From Phycicoccus sp. (GTDB taxonomy: Bacteria; Actinomycetota; Actinomycetes; Actinomycetales; Dermatophilaceae): a DNA stretch of 64,000 bases. The notes under the pieces are model-generated. The model was not told the DNA's origin and made no database searches. It worked only from the letters and a program-made list of their open reading frames with translations. Where the stretch lies: assembly GCA_035418665.1 (NCBI GenBank), contig DAOLRO010000001.1, positions 6,089 to 70,088 of the forward strand. Direction: 5' to 3'. Shown one piece after another: positions 51,006-62,668 of this stretch (position 1 is the first letter of the stretch; each line of letters opens with the position of its first letter). The translations under genes and the position numbers were made by a program.

Positions 51006-51042
51006 CCAGGGACCGCCTCAGATCGTGAGGGGCGGTCCCTGG
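51006..51042 (+). terminator. Hairpin after aqpZ
   Basis: CCAGGGACCGCC / GGCGGTCCCTGG arms. Confidence 0.7.
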
Positions 51043-51087
51043 ACCACCTTCGAGGTCCGCGTCGGTGCCTGCTCCTAGCATGAGCCC

Positions 51088-52356
51088 GTGAGCGACCCCG
51101 CTGGCCCCCGACCCACGCTGCCCGAGCGTGCCGCCGACACCTCGGCCGAGCAGCCCTGGCCGGTGCGCCTGCTGTCGGTCAAGGTCGGCGAATACATCGA
51201 CAGGATGTCGGTCTGCTGGGTCGAGGGTCAGGTCGTCCAGCTCACCAGGCGACCCGGCAGCGGCACGGCCTACCTCACCCTGCGCGACACCGACGTGGAC
51301 ATGTCCTTCTCCGTCGCCATCCGCACCACGGCTCTCGACGCCATGCCGCCGCTCCAGCCCGGAGCGAGGGTGGTCACCCAGGTCAAGCCGGTCTTCTGGC
51401 CTCGCGGCGGCAGTCTCCAACTTGATGCCCGACAGATCCGCCCGGTCGGGATCGGCGAGTTGCTCGCTCGCCTCGAGGCGCTCAAGACCTTGCTGGCGTC
51501 CGAGGGACTCTTCGATGCCCGACGCAAGCGCCCCCTCCCCTTCCTGCCACGGCGGATCGGCCTGATCACCGGGCGGGCCAGCGCCGCAGAGAAGGATGTC
51601 GTCGAGAACGCCCGCCGCCGCTGGCCCAGCGCCACCTTCGAGATGCGCGCCGTCGCCGTCCAGGGGCCGACCGCGGTCACCGAGGTCTACGCCGCCCTCC
51701 GCGACCTCGATGCCCACGACGAGGTCGACGTCATCGTGATCGCACGCGGCGGCGGCAGCACCGAGGACCTCTTGCCCTTCAGCAATGAGGCGATGATCCG
51801 TGCCGTCTCACAGGCACGCACCCCGGTGGTTTCTGCCATCGGTCATGACATCGACACCCCCCTCCTCGACCTCGTCGCCGACGCGCGTGCGTCAACCCCG
51901 ACGGACGCCGCCAAACTCGTCGTGCCGGATGCGAGCGCTGAGTATGCCGGGCTGGTCACCTCCCGCGACCGACTTCATCGCGCGCTCGGGGCGCGGCTGC
52001 ACCGCGAGCGCGACCGGCTGCATCAGATCCGGACGCGTCCGGTCATGGCCGACCCGGGCGCGTACGCCCGCACCCAGAGAGAGGTGATCGCGGGCCTGGG
52101 CCAGCGGGCTCATCGCCGCCTCGCGAGTCGGATCCACACCGAGCAGCAGGGCATCACCCACCTCAGGCGCGCGGCGCGATCCCTCTCCCCGCTCGCCACC
52201 CTCGATCGAGGCTATGCCTTGGTCACCCAGGTCGACGGCACGATCGTCCGTGATCCCGAGGCGCTCGAGGCCGACGAGCTGCTCCGGGTCGTCGTGGCCG
52301 AAGGCGACTTCGCGGTGCGCACCGTGGGCGCTCCCGCTGCCGACGACTCGACCTGA
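51088..52356 (+). CDS. xseA: Exodeoxyribonuclease VII large subunit
   Basis: WVEGQ, ARGGGSTEDL, SAIGHDID, STPTDAA, LSPLATLDRGYA. Confidence 0.95.
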   Translation: MSDPAGPRPTLPERAADTSAEQPWPVRLLSVKVGEYIDRMSVCWVEGQVVQLTRRPGSGTAYLTLRDTDVDMSFSVAIRTTALDAMPPLQPGARVVTQVKPVFWPRGGSLQLDARQIRPVGIGELLARLEALKTLLASEGLFDARRKRPLPFLPRRIGLITGRASAAEKDVVENARRRWPSATFEMRAVAVQGPTAVTEVYAALRDLDAHDEVDVIVIARGGGSTEDLLPFSNEAMIRAVSQARTPVVSAIGHDIDTPLLDLVADARASTPTDAAKLVVPDASAEYAGLVTSRDRLHRALGARLHRERDRLHQIRTRPVMADPGAYARTQREVIAGLGQRAHRRLASRIHTEQQGITHLRRAARSLSPLATLDRGYALVTQVDGTIVRDPEALEADELLRVVVAEGDFAVRTVGAPAADDST

Positions 52357-52382
52357 CGGTGCCTCGACATAAGGTGTGCGAT

Positions 52383-52625
52383 GTGGCAGCCAAGGAGAAC
52401 GACGTGGCATCGGGCGCCGGCGCCAACTCAGACGTCGCAGCGATGCCTTACGAGGTCGCTCGCGACGAGTTGGCCTCGATCGTGGGTCGGCTCGAGAGCG
52501 GTCAGGTGGGCCTCGAGGAGTCGATGACCCTGTGGGAGCGCGGCGAGGCCCTCGCAGCGCACTGCGCGACGTGGCTCGACGCGGCCGAGGCCAAGCTCAA
52601 CGCCACTCAGTCGCCACCCGCCTGA
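52383..52625 (+). CDS. xseB: Exodeoxyribonuclease VII small subunit
   Basis: YEVARDEL..LESGQVGLEESMTLWERGEALA. Confidence 0.93.
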   Translation: MAAKENDVASGAGANSDVAAMPYEVARDELASIVGRLESGQVGLEESMTLWERGEALAAHCATWLDAAEAKLNATQSPPA

Positions 52626-52693
52626 CCCGGTCACCCGATCGGTGACCGTGGCCTGCCGCGCCGGTGGCCCCCACAGCCGGCCGCTGGCCCGCG

Positions 52694-53257
52694 TCAGCGA
52701 GGCGTGACGACCTCGAGGTGCTCGATGAGCTGCGCCAACTCCTCGAAGGTGCCTGTCCCCGTGACCAAGGTCGTCAGCTCACCCTTGGCGCCGGGCACGT
52801 GCACGAGCGAGTTCTGGACCTTGGCGCCGCGCTCGTACTTCGTCCAGGTCCGGCCATCGACCTCGACCGTGCCGACCTTCGTGGCGCGATTGACCTCGGT
52901 CTCGACCCACTTCGAAGTGGCGTCCATGGTCTGCTCGACCGACGCGTAGTTCCCTGAGGGGGCTTGGTAGCCGGCCAGCCAGGTCATGGCACCTTCACCC
53001 GTGCGAACGTAGCGCGCGCTCGTCGCGGTCCAACCCTTGGGGAGCCCCACGGCGGTGACAATGGGCCAGCCGCTCTCCCGGACCACGTCCTGCGCTGTGC
53101 GCTGCACGTCGACGGGTGGCCCCGAGAGGGAGTTGACCCGGGGCACCATGAAGATGATGACGAGCATCAGCCCACCGATGACCAGCATCGAGCGCACCAT
53201 GTTGGGCAGCGAGCCCATCGAATAGCGACTGCGCGGGGCCTGGTCGGGTGTGGTCAC
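52694..53257 (-). CDS. DUF4245 family membrane-anchored protein
   Basis: NMVRSM plus TM, LPKGWTATSA, VTGTG; usual position after xseB. Confidence 0.8.
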   Translation of the reverse strand: MTTPDQAPRSRYSMGSLPNMVRSMLVIGGLMLVIIFMVPRVNSLSGPPVDVQRTAQDVVRESGWPIVTAVGLPKGWTATSARYVRTGEGAMTWLAGYQAPSGNYASVEQTMDATSKWVETEVNRATKVGTVEVDGRTWTKYERGAKVQNSLVHVPGAKGELTTLVTGTGTFEELAQLIEHLEVVTPR

Positions 53258-53382
53258 CGCACCATGGTCGCCGACGAAGCCACCGGCCACCGAATCGGGC
53301 CCATGGGGCGCGCACTAAAGTTGTGGGTGAGGGCCGCGGCGAGGCACGCGACCCGCGTCGACCGAAGGTGGTGAACGGCGAG

Positions 53383-54309
53383 ATGGGCCCGCGTGTCCTT
53401 GTCATCGGTGAGGTACTCATCGACATCGTGCGCACTCCGGACGGGCAGGTGAGCGAACACGTCGGTGGATCCCCGGCCAATGTCGCCACCGGGCTGGCAC
53501 GCCTGGACCATCCCACCGACTTCGCCTCGACCCTCGGCCGTGACGAGCGCGGGACCGCCGCTCTGGCCCATCTCAAGCGGCATGGGGTCGAGACCCTCCC
53601 CTCGAGCCGCACGGCGCATCCGACCTCGGTCGCCGACGCCACACTCGACGAGTCCGGCGCCGCGACCTACATCTTCGCCCTGCACTGGAACCTCGCTCCT
53701 GTCCCGATCCGCAGCGGTGTCGGGCACCTGCACACCGGCTCGATCGCCGCGACCCAACCGCCCGGCGGCGAATTGGTCGTGCGCACCATCCGCGAGGCTC
53801 GCGACGATGCCACGGTGTCCTACGACCCCAACATCCGCCCGAGCATCATGGGGGCTGCCGAGCACGTGCGGCCGCGGATCGAGGAACTCATCGCCCTCAG
53901 CGACGTCGTCAAGGCCAGTGAGGACGACTTGGACCACCTCTACCCCGGTCGGGCGATCGACGGCGTGCTGCTCGACTGGTCGCACTTGGGCGCTGCCCTC
54001 ACAGTCGTGACTCTGGGCGGCGACGGGGTCGCCTACCGGGTCCCCGCCACCGGCGAGGTATGCCGGGTGCCGGCTGCCGTGACCGACCCGGCTGCCGTCG
54101 TGGACACCGTTGGCGCGGGCGACTCCTTCATGGCCGGACTGATCTCGGCCCTGCTCGATGCCGGCCTGCTCGGTTCGGCCGACTCCCGCCTCCGCCTGCG
54201 CACGGCCGACCGGGCGGCGATCGAGCCCGCGATCACCCGGGCCCTCGCCACCAGTGGCGTGACGGTCCGCCATCAGGGCGCCTACTCCCCCACTCGCGAC
54301 GAACTCTGA
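53383..54309 (+). CDS. PfkB family carbohydrate kinase (fructokinase-like)
   Basis: GEVLID, GGSPANVA, YDPNIRP, VKASEDD, VDTVGAGDSF. Confidence 0.92.
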   Translation: MGPRVLVIGEVLIDIVRTPDGQVSEHVGGSPANVATGLARLDHPTDFASTLGRDERGTAALAHLKRHGVETLPSSRTAHPTSVADATLDESGAATYIFALHWNLAPVPIRSGVGHLHTGSIAATQPPGGELVVRTIREARDDATVSYDPNIRPSIMGAAEHVRPRIEELIALSDVVKASEDDLDHLYPGRAIDGVLLDWSHLGAALTVVTLGGDGVAYRVPATGEVCRVPAAVTDPAAVVDTVGAGDSFMAGLISALLDAGLLGSADSRLRLRTADRAAIEPAITRALATSGVTVRHQGAYSPTRDEL

Positions 54310-54344
54310 CCTCCTGAACAACTCAAGAGCCTGAAAGGTTGACG

Positions 54345-56066
<1,722 letters not shown>

Positions 56067-56069
56067 CAC

Positions 56070-56585
56070 ATGGCTGACGAGATCAAGACCCCACGCACCT
56101 TCGACGACTTGCTCGCCGCGAACAGAGAGTTCGCAGCCACCAACGAGATCCTCGGTTTCGACGGCATCGCTCACGCCGGGGTCGCCGTGGTCACCTGCAT
56201 GGACAGCCGGATCGACCCGCTGGGCATGCTGGGGCTCAGGCCCGGCGACGCCAAGATCTTCCGCAACCCGGGCGGGCGGGTCACCGGCAATGCTCTCGAG
56301 GCGCTGGTCCTGGCCGTCCATCTGCTCAACGTCGACCGCATTGTCATCGCCCCGCACACCCGATGCGCCATGGCCAGCAGCACCGAACAGGAGTTGCGCG
56401 ACCGGATCAGCGCGTCCTCGGGCACCGACGCCGCTTGGCAGGGCTTCCACGTCGTCCGCGACCAGAAGGAAGCCCTGCGTGCCGATGTGGCTGCCGTTCG
56501 CGCACATCCCCTCATCGCGGACCGCGCCCTCGTCGGGGGCTTCATCTATGACGTCGACACCGGCCTGCTGGGCCCTGTCGACTGA
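56070..56585 (+). CDS. Beta-carbonic anhydrase (short, clade D-like)
   Basis: CMDSR, RNPGG, HTRC. Confidence 0.9.
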   Translation: MADEIKTPRTFDDLLAANREFAATNEILGFDGIAHAGVAVVTCMDSRIDPLGMLGLRPGDAKIFRNPGGRVTGNALEALVLAVHLLNVDRIVIAPHTRCAMASSTEQELRDRISASSGTDAAWQGFHVVRDQKEALRADVAAVRAHPLIADRALVGGFIYDVDTGLLGPVD

Positions 56586-56603
56586 CCCTCCCCCACGTCA
56601 GCG

Positions 56604-57290
56604 ATGCAGCGCCCGCAACGCCCCCAACGCACCCGGACCCAGCCGGGCACGCGGCCCACGACTCCGGAGCATGCGTGGGCGGTGCTGCGTGCCGGAAATG
56701 CCCGCTTCATGGCCGATGCCCGCGCCCACCCGCACGAGGGCCTGCACGTCCGCAAGCGACTGGCCGGCAAACAGAACCCCTTCGCCATCTTTTTCGGCTG
56801 TGCCGACAGCCGCGTGGGCGCCGAGATCATCTTCGACCAAGGACTCGGTGACCTCTTCGTCATCCGCACAGCCGGGCACGTCATCGACCTCAGCGTCCTG
56901 GGCTCGATCGAGTACGGGATCGCCAAACTCCACATCCCGCTCATCGTTGTGCTCGGGCACGACTCTTGCGGCGCGATCACTGCGACCGCAGAGGCCGTCG
57001 CCACTGGCGACATGCCAGGCGGCTTCATCCGCGACATCGTCGAGCGGGTCACCCCCTCGCTCTTCACCGCCCGCCGCGACAATCCCACGGCAACCGTCGA
57101 CGAGATCGAGACCGAACACATCCGGCAGACTGCCACGCTGCTCGCCGAGCGCTCGAGCCTGATCGCGACCCGGATCGCCGAGGGTCGGCTGGCGATCGCG
57201 GGGGCGCAATATGCCCTGGCCGAAGGTGAGGCCCGACTCAAGTGCGCGATCGGGCCCCTGGGCGAGACCCCGACGATCTCCGACGTCTGA
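56604..57290 (+). CDS. Beta-carbonic anhydrase
   Basis: GNARF, CADSR, FDQGLGDLFVIRTAG, GHDSCGA. Confidence 0.93.
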   Translation: MQRPQRPQRTRTQPGTRPTTPEHAWAVLRAGNARFMADARAHPHEGLHVRKRLAGKQNPFAIFFGCADSRVGAEIIFDQGLGDLFVIRTAGHVIDLSVLGSIEYGIAKLHIPLIVVLGHDSCGAITATAEAVATGDMPGGFIRDIVERVTPSLFTARRDNPTATVDEIETEHIRQTATLLAERSSLIATRIAEGRLAIAGAQYALAEGEARLKCAIGPLGETPTISDV

Positions 57291-57306
57291 TCTGGGACAG
57301 TGGCGC

Positions 57307-58128
57307 ATGCCCAACTCCGTGCGGGTCGACTCCCTGCGCATCCACCCCCTCAAGTCCGGCGCCATCCGCGCGCTCGAGCGTTCTGAAGTCACCCCTGCCG
57401 GACTGACGGGTGACCGTCGCTGGATGGTGGTCGACGCCGCCGGTGAGTGCGTGACGGCACGCAACGACCGCGCCCTCGTCACGATCTCCGCAGAACCCTT
57501 GCCGGACGAAGGTCTTCGCCTCACCTCCCGCTCAGGAAGGACCGTGGAGGTATGCCGTCCGCTCACCTCTCCCTCCGACTCCCCTGCGCGATCGGTCACC
57601 GTGCACGGGCGCGACGCGGCCCCCGGCCTGCCCCTCGACGAGCCCGCCCAGGCCCTCGTCCGTGAGGTCCTCGGACGCGACGACGTGACCGTCCTCTGGT
57701 GCAGCGACGAGACCGTGAGAAGACTCAACCCGGACTTCTCCCGCGACGGCGACTCCACGGCATACGCGGACGGCTATCCAGTGACCCTCGCGAGCCTGGC
57801 GTCGCTGCGCGAACTCAACCGCCTGGGGGACATGGATCTGCCGATCGATCGCTTCCGCCCCAACATCGTCATCGACGGCGACCTCACACCCTTCACCGAG
57901 GACACGTGGAGACGTGTGCGGATCGGCGAGATCGACTTCCGGGTGGCGCGTGGCGTCGATCGGTGCTCGATGACCCTGCTCGACCCCGACACCCTGACGA
58001 CCGGCGCCGAGCCCATCCGGACCTTGTCCAAGCACCGCAAGTGGGAGGGCAAGACGTGGTTCTGCGTGCACCTCATCCCCGAGGGCTCCGGCGGCCTCGC
58101 GGTGGGTGACCCGGTCTCGATAGCGTGA
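57307..58128 (+). CDS. MOSC domain protein
   Basis: IHPLKS, GDRRWMVVD, ADGYP, RFRPNIVI, RCSMT. Confidence 0.9.
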   Translation: MPNSVRVDSLRIHPLKSGAIRALERSEVTPAGLTGDRRWMVVDAAGECVTARNDRALVTISAEPLPDEGLRLTSRSGRTVEVCRPLTSPSDSPARSVTVHGRDAAPGLPLDEPAQALVREVLGRDDVTVLWCSDETVRRLNPDFSRDGDSTAYADGYPVTLASLASLRELNRLGDMDLPIDRFRPNIVIDGDLTPFTEDTWRRVRIGEIDFRVARGVDRCSMTLLDPDTLTTGAEPIRTLSKHRKWEGKTWFCVHLIPEGSGGLAVGDPVSIA

Positions 58129-58133
58129 GGCCC

Positions 58134-59537
58134 ATGTCGACCCAACCCCCTGCCACCGCACTCCCCCAGTTCCCTGAGGGCTTCCTCTTCGGGGCCGCGA
58201 CCGCGTCCTTCCAGATCGAGGGTTCGACGACGGCCGACGGGCGATCGAGGTCGATCTGGGACACCTTCTGCGAGATCGAGGGCAAGGTTGCCAACAAGGA
58301 CACCGGCGACCCGGCCTGCGACCACTACCGCCGGATGCCGGAGGACGTCGTCCTCATGCAGGAGCTCGGGCTGCAGGCCTATCGCTTCTCGGTCGCCTGG
58401 CCCCGCGTGATCCCCACGGGCACCGGTGCCATCAACCCGGCGGGGATCGACTTCTACGACCGGCTCGTCGACCAGTTGCTCGGCGCGGGGATCCGTCCCG
58501 TCGTCACGCTCTACCACTGGGATCTGCCCCAGGTGCTCGAGGACCTCGGTGGCTGGCAGAGCCGGGACATCGCGGGCTGGTTCGGTGAATACACCGACGC
58601 AGTGACCTCGGCGCTCGGCGACCGGGTCACCAATTGGACCACCCTCAACGAGCCGTGGTGCTCCTCGATCCTCAGCTACACCTTGGGTCACCACGCGCCG
58701 GGGCACTTCAGCCAGGAGGAGGGCCTCATCGCGGCTCACCACCTCATGCTCGCGCACGGGACCGCCGTGCCGATCATCCGGGCCAACGCGCCCGGGGCCG
58801 AGGTGTCGATCACCCTCAATCCCACCCAGGTCATCGGGCCGGAGTCGCCCACTGACGCGGATCGCGACGCCGTGCGTCGCGCCGACAACATCCTCAACGG
58901 CATCTTCTTCGGCCCCCTCTTCCACGCGGCCTACCCCAACACCATGCTCGAGGATGTCGACCACCTCACCGACGCCTCATGGATCCACGATGGCGACCTC
59001 GAGACGATCAGCACCCCCCTCGACAACCTCGGCATCAACAACTACTTCCCGACGCGGGTCAAGGCGGGCGTGCCCGGCGCCAACCCCCTGGGTATGCCGG
59101 GATGTGAGGGCGTGGAGGGCGTCGCCCCGGAGGGGCAACTCACCGACATGGGTTGGGAGTGCAACCCCGGCGCACACCGCGACATCCTCAAGCGGTCAGC
59201 AGAGGAGAGCGGCCTCCCGATCTACGTCACCGAGAACGGCTCGGCCTGGCCCGGTGACGTCGTGACGGACGACACCGGGAGTCCGGCCGTCCACGATCCG
59301 GAGCGCACGGCATACCTGCTTTCCCACTTGGCGGCCGTGCGGGAGGCCATCGACGACGGCGCGGACATCCGTGGCTATTTCGCCTGGTCGCTCATGGACA
59401 ACTTCGAGTGGGCCTTCGGCTACGACAAGCGCTTCGGGATCGTCCACGTCGATTACGACAGCCAGGTCCGCACGATCAAGGACTCGGGTCACACCTACAC
59501 CGAGGTGATCAAGAGCAACACCGCCAACCGAGGGTGA
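58134..59537 (+). CDS. Beta-glucosidase (GH1)
   Basis: FLFGAATASFQIEG, TLYHWDLP, TLNEP, YVTENG, WSLMDNFEW. Confidence 0.95.
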   Translation: MSTQPPATALPQFPEGFLFGAATASFQIEGSTTADGRSRSIWDTFCEIEGKVANKDTGDPACDHYRRMPEDVVLMQELGLQAYRFSVAWPRVIPTGTGAINPAGIDFYDRLVDQLLGAGIRPVVTLYHWDLPQVLEDLGGWQSRDIAGWFGEYTDAVTSALGDRVTNWTTLNEPWCSSILSYTLGHHAPGHFSQEEGLIAAHHLMLAHGTAVPIIRANAPGAEVSITLNPTQVIGPESPTDADRDAVRRADNILNGIFFGPLFHAAYPNTMLEDVDHLTDASWIHDGDLETISTPLDNLGINNYFPTRVKAGVPGANPLGMPGCEGVEGVAPEGQLTDMGWECNPGAHRDILKRSAEESGLPIYVTENGSAWPGDVVTDDTGSPAVHDPERTAYLLSHLAAVREAIDDGADIRGYFAWSLMDNFEWAFGYDKRFGIVHVDYDSQVRTIKDSGHTYTEVIKSNTANRG

Positions 59538-59719
59538 CTGCCGCCCGACCGGCCGGCACGAGTCCCGCGGCCCTCGCCTGCCCTTCTCATACCCCCGGGG
59601 GTCACCAGAAGATCACGATTTGCCCGCTCCGGGCGACAAAACGGTCGAGATGATGGACAGTTCCGGCGCACGATGACAGCGTGGGGCCGCACACCATCAT
59701 TCGACCAAGGAGTTCTCCG

Positions 59720-60565
59720 GTGTCTTTTGCTCCCCGTCGGCGCGTGGCCCTCACGGCCGCAGCCGTCCTGTCCTCGCTCGCGCTCGCCGCGTGCGGTTCC
59801 TCCTCCTCTGACGGCGGCAGCTCCTCGGCCGCCGCGGGTTCCGGTGACTCCGGCGTGACGCTGCTCAAGGCCGGCACGCTGCAGGTCTGCACCCACCTGT
59901 CGTACAAGCCCTTCCAGTTCAAGGACGACTCCGGGGCCGTGGTCGGCTTCGACGTCGACCTGATGGACCTGGTCGCCAAGAAGCTCGGCGCCAAGCAGGA
60001 GATCGTCGACATCGACTTCGCCCAGATCACCTCGGGCGCGGTCTTCGCGGCCAAGAAGTGTGACGCCGGTGCCGCCGCCACGACGATCAACGACAAGCGC
60101 AAGGGCGCCATCCTCTTCTCCGACCCGTACTTCGACGCCACCCAGGCGCTCCTGGTCAAGAAGGGCTCGGGCATCACCGACCTCACCGGCCTCAAGGGCA
60201 AGAAACTCGGAGTCCAGACCGACACCACCGGCGCTGAGTACGGCGAGAAGAACAAGGACGCCAACGGCTACGAGGTCGTTGTCTTCGACGACCTGCCCAC
60301 CCAACTCGCGGGCGTGCTGTCGGGCCGCGTCGACGCCGCCGTCAACGACAACGGTGTCGTCTTCGACTACGCCAAGGACAACCCGGGCACCGAGGTCACC
60401 AAGGAGTTCAACACGGGTGAGCAGTACGGCCTGATGTTCCAGAAGGACAACGCCAACGGCACCGCGCTCGCCAAGGTGACCAACGAGGTCCTCAAGGAAG
60501 CCAAGGCCAGCGGCGAGTACAACACCATCTTCAAGAAGTGGTTCGGCGTCGACGCCCCCAAGTGA
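59720..60565 (+). CDS. Polar amino-acid ABC substrate-binding lipoprotein
   Basis: AAGGAG RBS, LALAAC lipobox, GFDVDL, FSDPY, EQYG. Confidence 0.92.
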   Translation: MSFAPRRRVALTAAAVLSSLALAACGSSSSDGGSSSAAAGSGDSGVTLLKAGTLQVCTHLSYKPFQFKDDSGAVVGFDVDLMDLVAKKLGAKQEIVDIDFAQITSGAVFAAKKCDAGAAATTINDKRKGAILFSDPYFDATQALLVKKGSGITDLTGLKGKKLGVQTDTTGAEYGEKNKDANGYEVVVFDDLPTQLAGVLSGRVDAAVNDNGVVFDYAKDNPGTEVTKEFNTGEQYGLMFQKDNANGTALAKVTNEVLKEAKASGEYNTIFKKWFGVDAPK

Positions 60566-60587
60566 CGCGTCACCCTTTCACCACTCG

Positions 60588-60625
60588 CGAGGCGGCGGTA
60601 CGGTTCAGTCCGTGCCGCCGCCTCG
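60588..60625 (+). terminator. Intercistronic hairpin
   Basis: CGAGGCGGCGGTACGG / CCGTGCCGCCGCCTCG arms with a bulge. Confidence 0.6.
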
Positions 60626-60751
60626 GCGCGTGTCACGAGCAGTGATCACGGCATCGCTTCACAGCAGCACCTGCACGGCCTGCACCACCCGCACCATCCC
60701 ACGGCACCACCCGAATGACCCGGCCCAGACCGGCGACGACCAGGAGTCCTG

Positions 60752-61576
60752 ATGAGCACAGTGACGGCTGACCCACCCACCAAGAAGAGGCTGTCGCCGC
60801 GCAAGCGCGCCCAGCGGATGCGGTGGGCGCAATACCTCGTCCTGGCGATCGTCACGGTCGTGGCCATCAGCGTGGCCGACTGGGGCCAGATCCAGTCGGT
60901 CTTCTTCCGCGGGGACATGATCAAGGAGACCTTCGCCCAAGGCCTCCCGACGGCCTTCAAGAACACCATCGTCTACACCCTCGGCGCCTTCGTCCTCGGC
61001 CTGATCTGGGGCACGATCCTGGCCCTCATGCGGCTCTCGTCCGTGGCCCCCTATCGCTGGCTGGCCTCGACCTACATCGAGTTCTTCCGCGGGCTGCCGG
61101 CCATCGTCGTCTTCATCGCCTTCGGCCTGCTCCCGCTGGCCTTCCCGGGTCTGGTCATCCCCTTCGACCCCTACGGCACGGTCTGGATCGCGCTGGGACT
61201 CGTAGGTGCGGCATACATGGCCGAAACCATTCGCGCCGGCATCCAGGCCGTCCCCAAGGGACAGGTGGAGGCCGCCCGATCATTGGGTATGCCGTCCGGC
61301 GTGGCCACGCGGAAGATCGTCCTTCCGCAGGCCTTCCGGATCATCACTCCCCCGTTGACCAACGAGTTGATCCTCCTCGTCAAGGACTCCTCGCTCGTCT
61401 ACATCCTCGGCCTCTCGCGCGACGCCTTCGAGTTGACGAAGTACGGTCGAGACATCGCCAACACCAACGCCAACCTCACGCCGCTGGTGATCGCCGGCTT
61501 CTGCTACCTGCTCATCACCCTCCCGCTCTCCATGGTCGTCCGGCGCATGGAAGCCCGTCAGAAGAAGGAGCGCTGA
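60752..61576 (+). CDS. Polar amino-acid ABC permease
   Basis: [37 protein letters not shown]. Confidence 0.93.
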   Translation: MSTVTADPPTKKRLSPRKRAQRMRWAQYLVLAIVTVVAISVADWGQIQSVFFRGDMIKETFAQGLPTAFKNTIVYTLGAFVLGLIWGTILALMRLSSVAPYRWLASTYIEFFRGLPAIVVFIAFGLLPLAFPGLVIPFDPYGTVWIALGLVGAAYMAETIRAGIQAVPKGQVEAARSLGMPSGVATRKIVLPQAFRIITPPLTNELILLVKDSSLVYILGLSRDAFELTKYGRDIANTNANLTPLVIAGFCYLLITLPLSMVVRRMEARQKKER

Positions 61577-61577
61577 C

Positions 61578-62480
61578 ATGGCTGCGTCCGGTTCGCATGC
61601 ATCGCGCGAGGTCGTCATCCAGGTCGATGACCTGACCAAGGCCTTCGGCAAGAACGAGGTGCTCAAGGGCATCACGACCAACATCCACCGCGGTGAGGTC
61701 GTCTGCGTCATCGGCCCGTCCGGGTCGGGCAAGTCGACCTTCCTGCGCTGCCTCAACCTGCTCGAGCAGCCCACGTCGGGCAAGGTCGTCGTCGACGGCG
61801 TCGAGGTGACCGACCTCGACTGCGACATCGACAAGGTCCGCGCCGACATGGGCATGGTCTTCCAGCAGTTCAACCTCTTCCCGCACCTGTCCGTGCTGGA
61901 GAACTGCACGGTCGGCCAGCTCATGGTCCGCAAGCGCGACAAGGCCGATGCCGAGAAGAGAGCGCGGACCAACCTCGAGCGCGTCGGACTGCTCGACAAG
62001 GAGGCGGCCTTCCCCGGGCAGCTCTCCGGTGGTCAGCAGCAGCGTGTGGCGATCGCTCGTGCCCTGTCGATGGAGCCCAAGCTGATGCTCTTCGACGAGC
62101 CGACGTCAGCGCTCGACCCCGAGCTCGTCGGCGACGTTCTCTCGGTCATGCGCAAGCTCGCCTCGGAGGGCATGACGATGTTCGTCGTCACCCACGAGAT
62201 GGCCTTCGCCCGCGACGTCGCGGACCGGGTGATCTTCATGGACGGCGGCTACATCGTCGAGGAGGGCAACCCGGACGACGTCATCGGCAACCCTCAGCAC
62301 CAGCGGACCCGGACCTTCCTCGACCGCGTGCTCAATCCCACGAAGGTCGGTCAGATCGGCGGCGAGGACGCGGCCTACGCCGAACGCCACGCCGGCGACG
62401 AGCCCACGGATGGTTCAGGCAGCCTGCCCGAGGTTCCGCTGTCGACCAACACCCGCCACGGAGGCGGCCTCCACGGCTGA
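61578..62480 (+). CDS. Polar amino-acid ABC ATPase
   Basis: [32 protein letters not shown]. Confidence 0.94.
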   Translation: MAASGSHASREVVIQVDDLTKAFGKNEVLKGITTNIHRGEVVCVIGPSGSGKSTFLRCLNLLEQPTSGKVVVDGVEVTDLDCDIDKVRADMGMVFQQFNLFPHLSVLENCTVGQLMVRKRDKADAEKRARTNLERVGLLDKEAAFPGQLSGGQQQRVAIARALSMEPKLMLFDEPTSALDPELVGDVLSVMRKLASEGMTMFVVTHEMAFARDVADRVIFMDGGYIVEEGNPDDVIGNPQHQRTRTFLDRVLNPTKVGQIGGEDAAYAERHAGDEPTDGSGSLPEVPLSTNTRHGGGLHG

Positions 62481-62514
62481 CGGGCGAGACCAGGGGTCAG
62501 CTGACTCTTCAAGG

Positions 62515-62657
62515 GGCGCAGGTCCGTCGCGTTGAGGGCGTCGCTTGCCCGGTTGGCGCAGGTCCGTCGCGTTCAGGGGCGGGGTTCAAGTTGAGGGGCG
62601 GGCTTGCACGGACGCCCCTCAACCTCACGGACGCCCCTCAACGTGACGGACCTGCGC
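62515..62657. repeat. Mosaic direct and inverted repeat element between convergent genes
   Basis: GGCGCAGGTCCGTCGCGTT at 62515 and 62555; CACGGACGCCCCTCAAC twice (62607, 62626); inverted copy AACGTGACGGACCTGCGC ending at 62657. Confidence 0.85.
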
Positions 62658-62668
62658 AAACTCTCGGA

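Noticed and set aside
60650-60720. GCACC-rich low-complexity tract before the amino-acid permease
   Set aside because: Irregular C/A-rich leader typical of actinobacterial intergenic DNA, with no defined unit or ORF.
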